From Candidatus Omnitrophota bacterium (GTDB lineage: Bacteria; Omnitrophota; Gorgyraeia; Zapsychrales; JAKLDJ01), in the NCBI GenBank assembly GCA_022703585.1, contig JAKLDJ010000004.1, positions 71,594 through 135,593 of the forward strand: a stretch of 64,000 bases of DNA, read 5' to 3'. The notes under the pieces were generated by a model, which was not told the DNA's origin, did not search any database, and worked only from the letters and a program-made list of their open reading frames with translations. The position numbers and the translations under genes were made by a program. This document shows positions 42,280 to 51,657 of the stretch, piece by piece (position 1 is the first letter of the stretch; the number at the start of each line of letters is the position of its first letter).

Positions 42280-42618
42280 TAGCACTATTTGTTTCCAGAG
42301 AAAAACGCGAGATTGCCGATTAAGGCAGAAAATAGCTACCGATTAGTTAGAGGTCTATGATAAAATACCGATAAATTAACCTGATGTGGAAATGGCAGCA
42401 TAAAAATTTCAGAGAGGGAGGTTTACAGAGTAAAATATTTTAAATATTTAGGAACATAGCTTTTCCTAATTAATAAACCAACTTGTGAGAGGAAGAGACT
42501 GTGTCCTGGGCACTTCGGTGCTTGGGGCAAGCGGTCTTTCGCTTTTACTCACAAGTTGGGCGTTAGACTTAAAAATGCTTGCCCTTTTTTATTTGGGTAA
42601 GCCTAAAAGGAGGGGACA

Positions 42619-43131
42619 ATGATAGCATCGCTAGTAACTTTAATAATTGTTATTGGGTCATCGATTTGGATAGCTATTGATGCACATCGAAACAAGATTT
42701 CCACTGACAATAAGCCGTACCGGATAAATAGCGGTGCTGTGACTTGGTTTTTTGCTTGTCTCTTATTCTGGATTTTTGTACTCCCTGCCTATCTCTTCAA
42801 GAGATTCAAACATCTAAAAGCCCAAGGAAAAAACTCTATCCTAGCAACTGTAGTGGGGATTATTCTGTTAGCAGTTCCAATCATGATGTTTACTGGCATC
42901 ATGAAGATGCCCACCTTAGACCTCCAAGAACAGGTTAAGCAAAGCATAATAGAGACGTGGTCAAGAGAGCCAACGATGGCAAATACTCAAATTCAGTCCT
43001 TTACGTTAATTCACAAAAGCAACAACCAGTATGAGGGTTTACTTGAAGTCACGATGAATGGGGTGGCTACAAGATTTCTCATAGATGTCACGTACGATGG
43101 TAGGAAATTTATGTGGCAAATTAGGCAATAA
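42619..43131 (+). CDS. Small membrane protein (2-3 TM helices + C-terminal soluble domain)
   Basis: 170 aa with GGAGGGG RBS and hydrophobic segments at residues ~5-25, 40-60 and 70-95. Confidence 0.5.
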   Translation: MIASLVTLIIVIGSSIWIAIDAHRNKISTDNKPYRINSGAVTWFFACLLFWIFVLPAYLFKRFKHLKAQGKNSILATVVGIILLAVPIMMFTGIMKMPTLDLQEQVKQSIIETWSREPTMANTQIQSFTLIHKSNNQYEGLLEVTMNGVATRFLIDVTYDGRKFMWQIRQ

Positions 43132-43627
43132 TCTCTGGCATAGCTTTTTAAACATTTTGTAGTCTAAGAACTTATCAAAACTGCTTCGAAAAGCATATTA
43201 TATTATTCAAAAGTTTCCTATAAAGCATCAAGCCCCACCAATCTTTCCCCGAAAATACATCGAAGAAAACCACTTTGTAAATCTAATTAAATATCATAAA
43301 TCATTTATTTGCAACAGGTTACTGTTAGTCACTACAGATTTTTATACAAAAAATAGGCGTATTCAGAGAAAGATAGGGTAGGTAGAGCTAAATTTCAGAC
43401 CGGGGTTGAGCGAAGAGCGACCCACCGGGTATTGGTCAACCATCAAAGAGTAGTCACGTAGACTACTAGTCGATGGCTATCAGTGCTGCCTAGCAAATCA
43501 CATGTTGCTCAAGAATTCGTTGAACCTAGCCTATGCCGGAGCGCAAATAAGCAGCTCCAAATTTAATCTGCCAACTATTTCTAAATGTTTTTCTCGTCGA
43601 GAAATCAAGTTTTTCAAAAAAAAGTAC

Positions 43628-43656
43628 TTGACAAAATTATTTTTGTGTTCTATAAT
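43628..43656 (+). promoter_or_regulatory. Consensus sigma70 promoter (TTGACA-N17-TATAAT) inside the island
   Basis: ttgacaaaattatttttgtgttctataat has perfect hexamers with 17-nt spacing. It reads into the iteron-like repeats and the small ORF / repO-like gene. Confidence 0.6.
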
Positions 43657-43689
43657 TTGCTTGTAACATGTTGGTGCTGAATGACTTGC

Positions 43690-43817
43690 GTGGATTTTTT
43701 GCGGACGAAAAGTGGATTTTTCATGGAAATAGAGTGGATTTTTCGTAATATATCTGAAAGGAGGTGATAATATTTAAAGAATAAAAAAATAAAAGAAAAC
43801 GGATAAATCGTGGATTT
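43690..43817 (+). repeat. Iteron-like direct repeats GTGGATTTTT (x3 at ~21-23-bp spacing, plus a fourth degenerate copy)
   Basis: gtggattttt occurs at 43690, 43710 and 43733, with cgtggattta at 43808. Two-helical-turn spacing, located immediately upstream of a lambda-O-like initiator gene. Confidence 0.55.
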
Positions 43818-43937
43818 AGCGATTTATAGTAGCCCTTACTCTGTCTGGTGTAGATTAGGGGCATTTTTTTAACATAACCTTCTGATTCTTAGCTGAATCG
43901 GGGGGTTTTTTATTAAAGAATAAAGAAGGAGGGCTCT

Positions 43938-44156
43938 ATGAATAACAAACCAAAACAAAAAATCAGATTCGGCGATGTCAATTTATGCGTCTGGGAAAAT
44001 ACGATTAAGATAAAGGATAATGCTGTCCCGGTTTTGACATATACTTTCAGCAAATCGTATCGTTCGAGAGGTAAATTCAAATACATGAGAAACTTTCAAA
44101 AACAGGATTTACCTAACATCACCAAAGCGATAGAAATAATTTCTGGTTCTCGCTGA
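43938..44156 (+). CDS. Small hypothetical protein
   Basis: 72-aa ORF with AAGGAGGG RBS. Lys-rich and of no recognisable family. Confidence 0.4.
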   Translation: MNNKPKQKIRFGDVNLCVWENTIKIKDNAVPVLTYTFSKSYRSRGKFKYMRNFQKQDLPNITKAIEIISGSR

Positions 44157-44221
44157 GCAAAACTAGATAAAGAAAAAATATATATCAAAATACAACTTTA
44201 AAATAAAAAGGAGATAAAAAA

Positions 44222-45139
44222 ATGGACAATTTTAAAAACCTTTGGCAACCCTACGATGATAAGAAATCACTTTTGTGGACAAAAATTCCAAATTGCTTAT
44301 TGCTTTTTCTTATGCAAGGTAAGCAAAGGTTCACAGAAATTAGAATTATTTTATTAATTTGTCGTATGGGCTTCGGATTCAAAAGAGAGGAGACTAATTA
44401 TCTTGATTTGAAAGACTTTGAAAAAGCCACAGGATTAAATAAAAGCCAAGCTTCTAAGGCAATAAATTCACTCTTAAGCGCATATGTGATATTCCGCTAC
44501 TCGAAGAATGGTAACAAGTATAAGTATGCAGTTAATCTTTTGAAGCATGGCATAGAAATGAAGCATTTCCGAATTGGTAAAATGGATAGCCAAAAAGATA
44601 ATGGGATTTATCAGATTGGAAATATAGATTACCAATTAGACAATTATAACGGCTCGAAGAATGAGCTAATTCTATATAGTTCCAAGGGTTACAAGAATGT
44701 AAAAAACCCCTATATAAAAGAGGATAGAAAAGATGATATAAAAATAGATATAGCAAAAAGGCATGCCAGTAGTCCTGTTTCTAGCAGTCCTACTAGCAAT
44801 ACTTTAACTGGCAACGCTAGCCAAACTACCAAGAGTAAAAAATACAATAACACCATGGAATTAGCTCAGGATTTTGATAAAGAACTATATAAAGCAAATA
44901 TAGAAAAGGATGGTGAAAAATTGCTAATTAGATTCATAGAATTAGAGCATTCACAATTTCCCGACCAAAGGCAACCTTGGCTCATACCAAGTATTTATTG
45001 TGACTATACAGCCAGAAAAATAGCTGGATTAACTGAGGAGATGTATACCAAAGAGCTTAATAAAATTCTGGAAAATGCCAATAAGTTACGAAACGAATTA
45101 AACTCTAGATGTAGCGAATTACTAAAGAATAAAAAATAG
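44222..45139 (+). CDS. Replication initiator / replisome organiser, phage lambda O-like N-terminal winged-helix
   Basis: N-terminal segment TEIRIILLICRMGFGFKREETNYLDLKDFEKATGLNKSQASKAINSLLSAYVI follows the lambda O / phage_rep_org_N pattern (xxLLxIxRxTxGxxK...TGL...AIxxL). Adjacent to iteron-like repeats. Confidence 0.55.
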   Translation: MDNFKNLWQPYDDKKSLLWTKIPNCLLLFLMQGKQRFTEIRIILLICRMGFGFKREETNYLDLKDFEKATGLNKSQASKAINSLLSAYVIFRYSKNGNKYKYAVNLLKHGIEMKHFRIGKMDSQKDNGIYQIGNIDYQLDNYNGSKNELILYSSKGYKNVKNPYIKEDRKDDIKIDIAKRHASSPVSSSPTSNTLTGNASQTTKSKKYNNTMELAQDFDKELYKANIEKDGEKLLIRFIELEHSQFPDQRQPWLIPSIYCDYTARKIAGLTEEMYTKELNKILENANKLRNELNSRCSELLKNKK

Positions 45140-45219
45140 AATAATACATCTATCGCGTTTTTGCGAAGGAACATTTCCATTGACATTTGCTGAAGCATTT
45201 GTTATGGTATACCAAAACT

Positions 45220-45393
45220 ATGAAATACTATACCATAAGTCAACTTGCTAAAGAGCTTAAAGTGCATAAAAATACCATTTTCTATTGGGAGAAAACGGGT
45301 AAAATACCTAAACCCAAGAGAGAATCTGTAAGCGGTTATCGTGTTTGGACAGAGAAAGATGTAAAAAAGATAAGAGAGTCAAATTCGAGGTGA
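45220..45393 (+). CDS. MerR/excisionase-like HTH protein (candidate Xis or regulator)
   Basis: 57 aa. YTISQLAKELKVHKNTIFYWEKTGKIPKPKRESVSGYRVWTEKDVKKI follows the MerR-type/Xis pattern. Sits near attR. Confidence 0.5.
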   Translation: MKYYTISQLAKELKVHKNTIFYWEKTGKIPKPKRESVSGYRVWTEKDVKKIRESNSR

Positions 45394-45396
45394 AAA

Positions 45397-46215
45397 ATGA
45401 CAATAAATAACTACGATGAATCTCACATAGAACGAAAATATTTTATCGATGGACATATGTATAATTGTCCTTTCTGTAATATTAGAAATGTACAATACGA
45501 GATTTCTAATTCGGGAAGATTTTCTTGGTCACGTGAGCGAGATTGCTATTTTTATCTTGTCAAGTGCAGTCATTGCGACCACACTTCTTTTCATTTAAGT
45601 AATTATGATTTGGTTAGAAATTATGGTCATTTTGAAAATCCGCCAAAACAGCGTAAGATTATTCAAGGAGAAAATCAAAGCTTCAAAATTTTGAAAAATG
45701 GAGTAGAAGTCATGGAGCTTGATGAAGTATTCTTTTATCATCAGCCAACAAGCTTCTTCACAATAGATAACAGAATACCTGAAATTATACGAAATCTTCT
45801 TTCTGAAGCTGAAGGCTGTAGAAAAATGGATTATCTTGTGGGTGCTTCGGGCTGTTTAAGAAAAGCTATTTATGAATTGCTAGACTTACAAGAAATCGGC
45901 AACGAAGAAAATGATACTAAATTACCCTACGAGGAAAGAATAAAACGACTAAAAGGAAAATTTCCTAACATAGATTCGGAATATTTTGATATTCTTGCTG
46001 GAATACAAGGCATGACAAGCGATAACCTTCATGAAGGTTCTTGGGATAGCTTTGATTCTCGAACTCTAGCTCTATTAATAGAGACAACCAAAGAAATCTT
46101 ATATGAAATTTATGTTTTACCTGATGAAAAAAAGACAAAAAGGAACATAATAGCTAAAATGCGAGAACAATTTAAACAACAAAAATCAACAGCCGATACC
46201 GAATCAAAAACTTAA
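45397..46215 (+). CDS. Zinc-finger protein with C-terminal DUF4145-like helical domain
   Basis: N-terminal CPFCN...CSHCDH zinc ribbon. The C-terminal ~100 aa (LRKAIYELLDL...ILAGIQGMTSDNLHEG...) resembles a DUF4145-type module, recalled from memory. Confidence 0.4.
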   Translation: MTINNYDESHIERKYFIDGHMYNCPFCNIRNVQYEISNSGRFSWSRERDCYFYLVKCSHCDHTSFHLSNYDLVRNYGHFENPPKQRKIIQGENQSFKILKNGVEVMELDEVFFYHQPTSFFTIDNRIPEIIRNLLSEAEGCRKMDYLVGASGCLRKAIYELLDLQEIGNEENDTKLPYEERIKRLKGKFPNIDSEYFDILAGIQGMTSDNLHEGSWDSFDSRTLALLIETTKEILYEIYVLPDEKKTKRNIIAKMREQFKQQKSTADTESKT

Positions 46216-46324
46216 TTTAATAACAGAAAGGAGAAAGCATACTAGACAAATAATTCTTAGTCAATGGTTGTAAAAAATATTGAATTTTTGTCAATTTTAG
46301 CTTAGAATCCTTCAATTATATTAA

Positions 46325-46370
46325 TTTTATTGGCGGGGTAGCTCAGCCCGATAGAGCACTCGGCTCATAC
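46325..46370 (+). repeat. attR-like direct repeat (7 nt upstream plus first 39 nt of the intact tRNA)
   Basis: Identical 46-mer to 32711-32756. Confidence 0.85.
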
Positions 46371-46405
46371 CCGATTGGTCGAGAGTTTAAATCTCTCCCC
46401 CGCCA
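46332..46405 (+). tRNA. tRNA with CAT anticodon (elongator Met or Ile2/lysidine type)
   Basis: Hand-folded cloverleaf: acceptor GGCGGGG/CCCCGCC, D-arm GCTC-loop-GAGC, anticodon loop CTCATAC (CAT), T-arm GAGAG-TTTAAAT-CTCTC, discriminator A, no encoded CCA. G1-C72 rules out the initiator. tilS lies 1.2 kb downstream. Confidence 0.8.
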
Positions 46406-46488
46406 CTTTCTCTCACAAACCCCACCCGAAAATTCCGTAGATTACTTTGCCCCGTATCAGTATAATAAGGAAGCAAAGGAGGGGACCC

Positions 46489-46908
46489 ATGAGCGTAAAG
46501 TTTTCTTATAAACACCGGGAAATAGGCTTGTTGATTTTGCGAATCGGCATCGGTGTTATGTTTATCATCCACGGCTGGCCTAAAATCACCGGCGGCCAGC
46601 AGGCCTGGCAGCAGCTGGGCATGGCCACAGGCAGCGTTGGTATCCATTTCGCCCCGACATTTTTTGGGTTCATGGCAGCGGTAGCAGAATTCTTCGGAGG
46701 CATCTGTCTTATTCTGGGCTTAGGATTTCGAATCGCCTGCGGCCTTCTTTTAATCAATATGTTCGTCGCTTCCAGCATGCATCTCTCAAAAGGAGACGGC
46801 CTTGTCGTTGCCTCACACGCCGTTGAAGCAGGAATCCTGTTCTTAAGTTTAATCTTCATCGGGCCGGGCAAATACAGCCTGGATGAAAAAATGAAATGGT
46901 CCTCATAA
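46489..46908 (+). CDS. DoxX family membrane protein
   Basis: LLILRIGIGVMFIIHGWPKI motif typical of DoxX. ATG at 46489 follows an AGGAGG RBS. Confidence 0.75.
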   Translation: MSVKFSYKHREIGLLILRIGIGVMFIIHGWPKITGGQQAWQQLGMATGSVGIHFAPTFFGFMAAVAEFFGGICLILGLGFRIACGLLLINMFVASSMHLSKGDGLVVASHAVEAGILFLSLIFIGPGKYSLDEKMKWSS

Positions 46909-46909
46909 A

Positions 46910-47476
46910 ATGAAAATCCCAAGATTTAAGAAATTCGCGGCGTCTTTTTTGTTTGCCTTGGCGTTTTTTATTTTTCCCTTTACCGGCGAAACAAAATTGA
47001 CTGCCGAATTACAGATTGAAAAGACGTCAAGAAAACCGGCTAACTACGACGCCGTGCGGGTCGAGAAAGTCCTGACTGCCGACACAATCCTTTTAGAGGA
47101 TGGCGAGAAAATAAAACTTATCGGATTAAGCGCCCCCGAACCGCCTAAAAAAACAAGAGTTCTATATGATTCCTACGGCTTTGTTATCACGGAAAACGAT
47201 CCCACCACGACTATCAACCAACAGGCGTTTGATTTTGCCAGAAATCTCATGGAGAACAAAACCGTTCGCCTGGAGTTTGACGGACAAAAAAAAGATAGAC
47301 GGTTCAGAACGCTGGCCTATGTTTATTTGAAAGACGGAACCTTCGTTAATGCCGAAATCCTGCGTCAGGGTCTCGCGGATCTTGAAATCGTCCCCCCGAA
47401 TGTCAAATATGCCCCGGCCTTGCGGCTGGCCTACCAAGAAGCCAGAAAAGAAAAACGAGGCCTGCAAGGAGATTAG
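46910..47476 (+). CDS. Thermonuclease (staphylococcal nuclease, SNase-like) family protein
   Basis: Signal-anchored. SNase-like motifs (DGEKIKLIGLSAPEP, RTLAYVYLKDGTFVNAEILRQGLA). Confidence 0.7.
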   Translation: MKIPRFKKFAASFLFALAFFIFPFTGETKLTAELQIEKTSRKPANYDAVRVEKVLTADTILLEDGEKIKLIGLSAPEPPKKTRVLYDSYGFVITENDPTTTINQQAFDFARNLMENKTVRLEFDGQKKDRRFRTLAYVYLKDGTFVNAEILRQGLADLEIVPPNVKYAPALRLAYQEARKEKRGLQGD

Positions 47477-47609
47477 CCGTGCTTGACCAGCTCTATGCCT
47501 TGGTTCACCAGCACGGGATTCAAATTTTGTTTATACTCCTGGCGGCCACCGCACTATTAGCCGTCATCGGTTATTTCGGCTCTAAATGGTTTGACCGCTT
47601 TTAACATCC

Positions 47610-48617
47610 GTGATAATGAACATTCTCGAGAAAACAAAAAAGACAATCCAACGGTATCAATTATTCAATCAGGGCGACCGGGTCCTGGTGGGCGTCTCCG
47701 GCGGCCCGGACTCAGTTGCGCTCTTATCGATCCTCAATGCACTACGCCATACGCTCAGCATCCATCTCGTTGTTGCCCATTTTAACCACAATCTTAGAAA
47801 AAATTCTGTCACCGACCAACGTTTTGTCGAAAACCTTGCCCGTAGCTTGCAATTACCCTTTATTTCGGCGCAGGGCCATTTGCGTAAATCAAGAAAGAAA
47901 AGTTCCGTGGAAGAAATCGCCCGAGAATCCCGTTTTAAGTTTCTGCTCAAGGCCGCCAAAAAACTTCGTGCCAATAAAATCGCACTCGGCCACACCCAAG
48001 ATGACTTGGCCGAAACTGTTTTGATGCGGATTTTACGCGGCACGGGACTAGGCGGGATGCGGGGAATTTTACCTAAGCGCACCCTGTATGGCATTATTTT
48101 TGTCCGGCCTTTAATCGAGACCGGGAAAAAGGATGTTTTGGATTTTCTAAAAGAACGAACGATCAAGTTCCGAATTGACCCGACCAACAAAACAACAAAA
48201 TTCTTTCGAAATAAAATCCGGAAGGAGCTTTTGCCTCTGCTTGAAAGAAAATACAGCAAAAATATCCGCCAGATCCTGGCTAATCTTTCGACAACCATCA
48301 CTGCCGATTACGATTACCTAGAACAAGAGTCCGGACGGCTATTTAGGACATTTTCCCCAAAAAACCGTTCTTTAAAAAACATCCGTTTCAATCTCCGGCA
48401 ACTGGAAAAAATTCACCCTTCTTTACAAAGGTCGTTAATCCGCCTCGCCATCGAAAATCTGAAAGGAGATACGCGGAAATTCGGTTTTGACCATATGAGC
48501 GAAATTGAAGATTTGCTTACCCATCGCCCCACGGGATCGGTTGTCCATCTGCCCTGCCGGATACAGGCACTTAAAGAAAAAACTCAACTATCACTGCGGC
48601 GTAAAACTACCGGATAG
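47610..48617 (+). CDS. tilS: tRNA(Ile)-lysidine synthetase
   Basis: PP-loop SGGPDS (LVGVSGGPDSVALLSIL) and TilS N-terminal domain organisation. Confidence 0.88.
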   Translation: MIMNILEKTKKTIQRYQLFNQGDRVLVGVSGGPDSVALLSILNALRHTLSIHLVVAHFNHNLRKNSVTDQRFVENLARSLQLPFISAQGHLRKSRKKSSVEEIARESRFKFLLKAAKKLRANKIALGHTQDDLAETVLMRILRGTGLGGMRGILPKRTLYGIIFVRPLIETGKKDVLDFLKERTIKFRIDPTNKTTKFFRNKIRKELLPLLERKYSKNIRQILANLSTTITADYDYLEQESGRLFRTFSPKNRSLKNIRFNLRQLEKIHPSLQRSLIRLAIENLKGDTRKFGFDHMSEIEDLLTHRPTGSVVHLPCRIQALKEKTQLSLRRKTTG

Positions 48618-48737
48618 GGCTGGTTATTGTGTCTTGCGGTAAAAATCGTTTCTTCCGCTCTAATAAACCCTTGATTAAATCTAAAGATACGATATAATTA
48701 TAACCTCTTAAAAAAATGCATCAGCAGGAATCATCCT

Positions 48738-50702
48738 ATGGCCGAACCGAACAAGAACAACAGCAAAAGACCTTCCGGAAAACCGTCGTTTAAAATGCAC
48801 CGGAACCAAAACGGTTATTGGTTATGGATCTTTTTTATTGTCACTCTACTTTTCTTAGCCAGCCAGACCAGCAACCCCACGGTCACCGTTGCCCCCAAAG
48901 AAATCAGCTATAGCGAATTCTACGCGCTGGTTAAGGATAATCCCGTAACTAAAACGATCGAAGTCCTGACCTTAACTGAAAACCGGCTGGAGGGGACGCT
49001 GAAAGACGGCAGCAAATTTAACGTCCACATACCGGCCAACGACACCGCCATCTTGGACGTCATCCGCACCAATGTCAGCAATTTTACCGTCGTGCCTCCC
49101 AAGACATTCTGGAGCACGCTGTTTATGAATCTATGGCCCACGCTGATCTTTATCCTGTTTTTCTGGTTTCTCTATTACCGCAGTTCGCAGATGGGCAATA
49201 AAATCTGGTCATTCGGAAAATCCAAGGCTAAAATTAATGACAGCAAAAACGGCAAGGTCACTTTTGCCGATGTCGCCGGCGTGGATGAGGCTAAAGAAGA
49301 ACTTCAGGAAGTTATCGAATTTCTTAAAGACCCCAAAAAGTTTCAAAAGCTGGGAGGAAAAATTCCCAAAGGCGTTTTACTGATCGGTTTCCCGGGAACG
49401 GGAAAAACCCTCTTAGCCAAGGCCGTCGCCGGAGAGGCGGGGGTACCGTTTTTCTCTTTAAGCGGCTCGGATTTTGTGGAGATGTTTGTCGGCGTGGGGG
49501 CGTCGCGCGTGCGCGATTTGTTTGAGCAGGGACGAAAAACTTCAAAGGCTTCCGGCAAAGGCTGTATTATTTTTATCGATGAAATTGATGCCGTCGGGCG
49601 CTTACGGTTTTCCGGAATCGGAGGGGGCCACGATGAACGCGAACAAACCCTAAACGCCCTGCTAGTCGAGATGGACGGATTTGATACTCAAAAAGGGCTT
49701 ATTGTCGTCGCTGCTACCAATCGGCCCGACACCCTTGACCCGGCGCTCTTACGGCCGGGGCGGTTCGACCGGCAGATTGTCGTTCCCCTGCCAGACATCT
49801 TAGGGCGCGAGGCAATCCTAAAAGTTCATTCAAAAAATATTAAAGTCGCGGACAATGTTGATTTTAAGGCCATCGCCCGGCAAACCGTCTACTTTTCCGG
49901 CGCGGATTTGGCCAATGTCTGTAACGAGGCTGCCCTCTTGGCCGCTCGAAAAAACAAAGAGTCAATCGGTATGCCGGAATTTCTCGCGGCGGTTGAACGG
50001 GTGACGATGGGTCCGGAAAAAAAGAGCCGCGTTACTTCCAAGAAGGACAAAGAGATTACTGCTTTTCATGAAAGCGGCCACGCGCTTCTTTCGCTTTTAG
50101 TGGAAGGCGTCGATACGTTCACAAAGGTTTCCATCATCCCTCGCGGCATGGCCGGCGGATACACGCTAACCCCACCCAGCGAAGACCGGCATTACTGGTC
50201 CAAAAAACATTTATTTGGAATTATTGTCGTATCCTTAGGGGGAAGGGTCGCCGAAGAAATCATGCTCGGTGAAATCACCAGCGGCGCCAGCCAGGATTTA
50301 CAACAGGCCACGCAGATTGCCCGCGACATGGTCTGCCGCTACGGTATGAGCAATAAGCTCGGCACCTTAACCTTCGGACGCCACCACGAACAAGTCTTTT
50401 TGGGCCGTGACTTCATGGAACAAAAAGATTACAGCGAGCAAACCGCCAAGGTCATAGACGAAGAGATCAGCTCGTTCATTGACGAGGCCCATAAGCTCGC
50501 CAAGAAACTCCTCACCGATAACCGCGACAAGCTTGAGACATTAGCCAGAAGGCTTATTGAAAAAGAAGTCATCGACATCGACGAAGCCAGGGCCCTATTA
50601 GGAATGCCGGCACCTGTCGAACCGGCCGAAAACACCTCCGGCCAAGCCCCCACAAACTTAGCTCAAACAAATATTCCCCCCAACTCAACACCACAGCCAT
50701 AA
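48738..50702 (+). CDS. ftsH: ATP-dependent zinc metalloprotease FtsH
   Basis: Two N-terminal TM helices, AAA module ([25 protein letters not shown]), second region of homology and HEAGH-type zinc site (HESGHAL). Confidence 0.97.
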   Translation: MAEPNKNNSKRPSGKPSFKMHRNQNGYWLWIFFIVTLLFLASQTSNPTVTVAPKEISYSEFYALVKDNPVTKTIEVLTLTENRLEGTLKDGSKFNVHIPANDTAILDVIRTNVSNFTVVPPKTFWSTLFMNLWPTLIFILFFWFLYYRSSQMGNKIWSFGKSKAKINDSKNGKVTFADVAGVDEAKEELQEVIEFLKDPKKFQKLGGKIPKGVLLIGFPGTGKTLLAKAVAGEAGVPFFSLSGSDFVEMFVGVGASRVRDLFEQGRKTSKASGKGCIIFIDEIDAVGRLRFSGIGGGHDEREQTLNALLVEMDGFDTQKGLIVVAATNRPDTLDPALLRPGRFDRQIVVPLPDILGREAILKVHSKNIKVADNVDFKAIARQTVYFSGADLANVCNEAALLAARKNKESIGMPEFLAAVERVTMGPEKKSRVTSKKDKEITAFHESGHALLSLLVEGVDTFTKVSIIPRGMAGGYTLTPPSEDRHYWSKKHLFGIIVVSLGGRVAEEIMLGEITSGASQDLQQATQIARDMVCRYGMSNKLGTLTFGRHHEQVFLGRDFMEQKDYSEQTAKVIDEEISSFIDEAHKLAKKLLTDNRDKLETLARRLIEKEVIDIDEARALLGMPAPVEPAENTSGQAPTNLAQTNIPPNSTPQP

Positions 50703-50704
50703 AG

Positions 50705-51625
50705 ATGAACGCCTACGATCCACACCGCCTAAACTCAAATAACTCAAATTTGAGAAAACGGTTCACTGTTTCTGCGCGCGGATTTAATCTGAGTCTCGGC
50801 CGTCAAACAAAAATCATGGGCATCCTTAACTTAACGCCCGATTCCTTTAGCGGAGACGGTTGTTTCAAAGACGGTATTTACGATACCGAAAGGAATATCT
50901 CTCTCGCCCGTCAAATGGTCCGCGAAGGCGCTGACATTATCGATGTGGGAGGGCAGTCAACCCGGCCCGGCGCTATTTCCGTGGGGACAAAGGAAGAAAT
51001 TAAAAGGATCATCCCCACCATAAAGCGATTAACCAGAAGAATCAAAACGCCCGTTTCTGTCGATACTTATCAAAAAATCGTCGCCCGCCATGCCCTGGAT
51101 AACGGCGCCAGTATTATCAACAATATTATGGGCGTCTCGGCGGACCGCGCGTTCTTAAAAATCGTTAAGCGCTACGACGCGGCCATTGTCCTGATGCATA
51201 TCCGAGGCACTCCCAAAACCATGCAAAAAAATATCCGCTACAAGAACCTTATTCATGAAATTATTGATGCCCTGGGAAGAACTATCGAAAATTGCTTGGA
51301 AATTGGCATTAAATCAGATAAAATTATAATTGATCCCGGAATCGGATTCGGAAAAACGGTTGAGCACAATCTGCAGATTATTCATAGATTGCAGGATTTT
51401 AGGATTCTCGACAAACCGATTCTCATCGGACCGTCACGAAAATCATTTATCGGCCATGTTCTTAAGAAAGACGTACCCCAAAGGCTCGCCGGGACATTGG
51501 CCAGTGTCTGTGTCGGCATTATGAACGGCGCCCATATTGTCCGCGTTCACGACGTCGGTGCCGCCAAGGATGCCGTTAAGGTAACCGACGCCATCGTTAG
51601 CGCTGATACGGTTGGCGTAAATTAA
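50705..51625 (+). CDS. folP: Dihydropteroate synthase
   Basis: MGILNLTPDSFSGDG pterin-binding TIM-barrel signature. The true start may be internal, since the N-terminal ~35 aa are atypical. Confidence 0.85.
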   Translation: MNAYDPHRLNSNNSNLRKRFTVSARGFNLSLGRQTKIMGILNLTPDSFSGDGCFKDGIYDTERNISLARQMVREGADIIDVGGQSTRPGAISVGTKEEIKRIIPTIKRLTRRIKTPVSVDTYQKIVARHALDNGASIINNIMGVSADRAFLKIVKRYDAAIVLMHIRGTPKTMQKNIRYKNLIHEIIDALGRTIENCLEIGIKSDKIIIDPGIGFGKTVEHNLQIIHRLQDFRILDKPILIGPSRKSFIGHVLKKDVPQRLAGTLASVCVGIMNGAHIVRVHDVGAAKDAVKVTDAIVSADTVGVN

Positions 51626-51657
51626 AGAAATATTTCAACCACAACTTTCTAAAAAAT

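Larger units (their letters stand above)
32711..46370 (+). mobile_element. Integrated genomic island (~13.6 kb) at tRNA(CAT), with integrase, defence-like cargo, replication-like module and Xis-like gene
   Basis: Flanked by 46-bp perfect direct repeats, one a tRNA fragment and one the intact tRNA. Tyrosine integrase sits next to the left repeat. The interior looks clearly AT-richer by eye than the flanking core genes, and the gene content is accessory-type. Confidence 0.8.

Noticed and set aside
42280-42439. Additional promoter or terminator between the 350-aa gene and the structured RNA candidate
   Set aside because: AT-rich sequence with several TATAAT-like hexamers but no convincing -35 partner or hairpin.
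43690-43817. Possible CRISPR array (repeated GTGGATTTTT units)
   Set aside because: The units are only ~10 nt with ~10-13-nt gaps. No repeat-spacer periodicity of 25-40 nt and no cas genes. Better explained as iterons next to a RepO-like gene.
47469-47594. Possible 41-aa GTG-initiated hydrophobic micro-ORF between the nuclease gene and tilS
   Set aside because: Plausible small membrane peptide (LYALVHQHGIQILFILLAATALLAVIGYFGSKWF), but it has a GTG start, no clear RBS and no conservation evidence. Too weak to call.
47669-48301. 210-aa minus-strand ORF
   Set aside because: Antisense shadow of tilS (Arg/Ser-rich).
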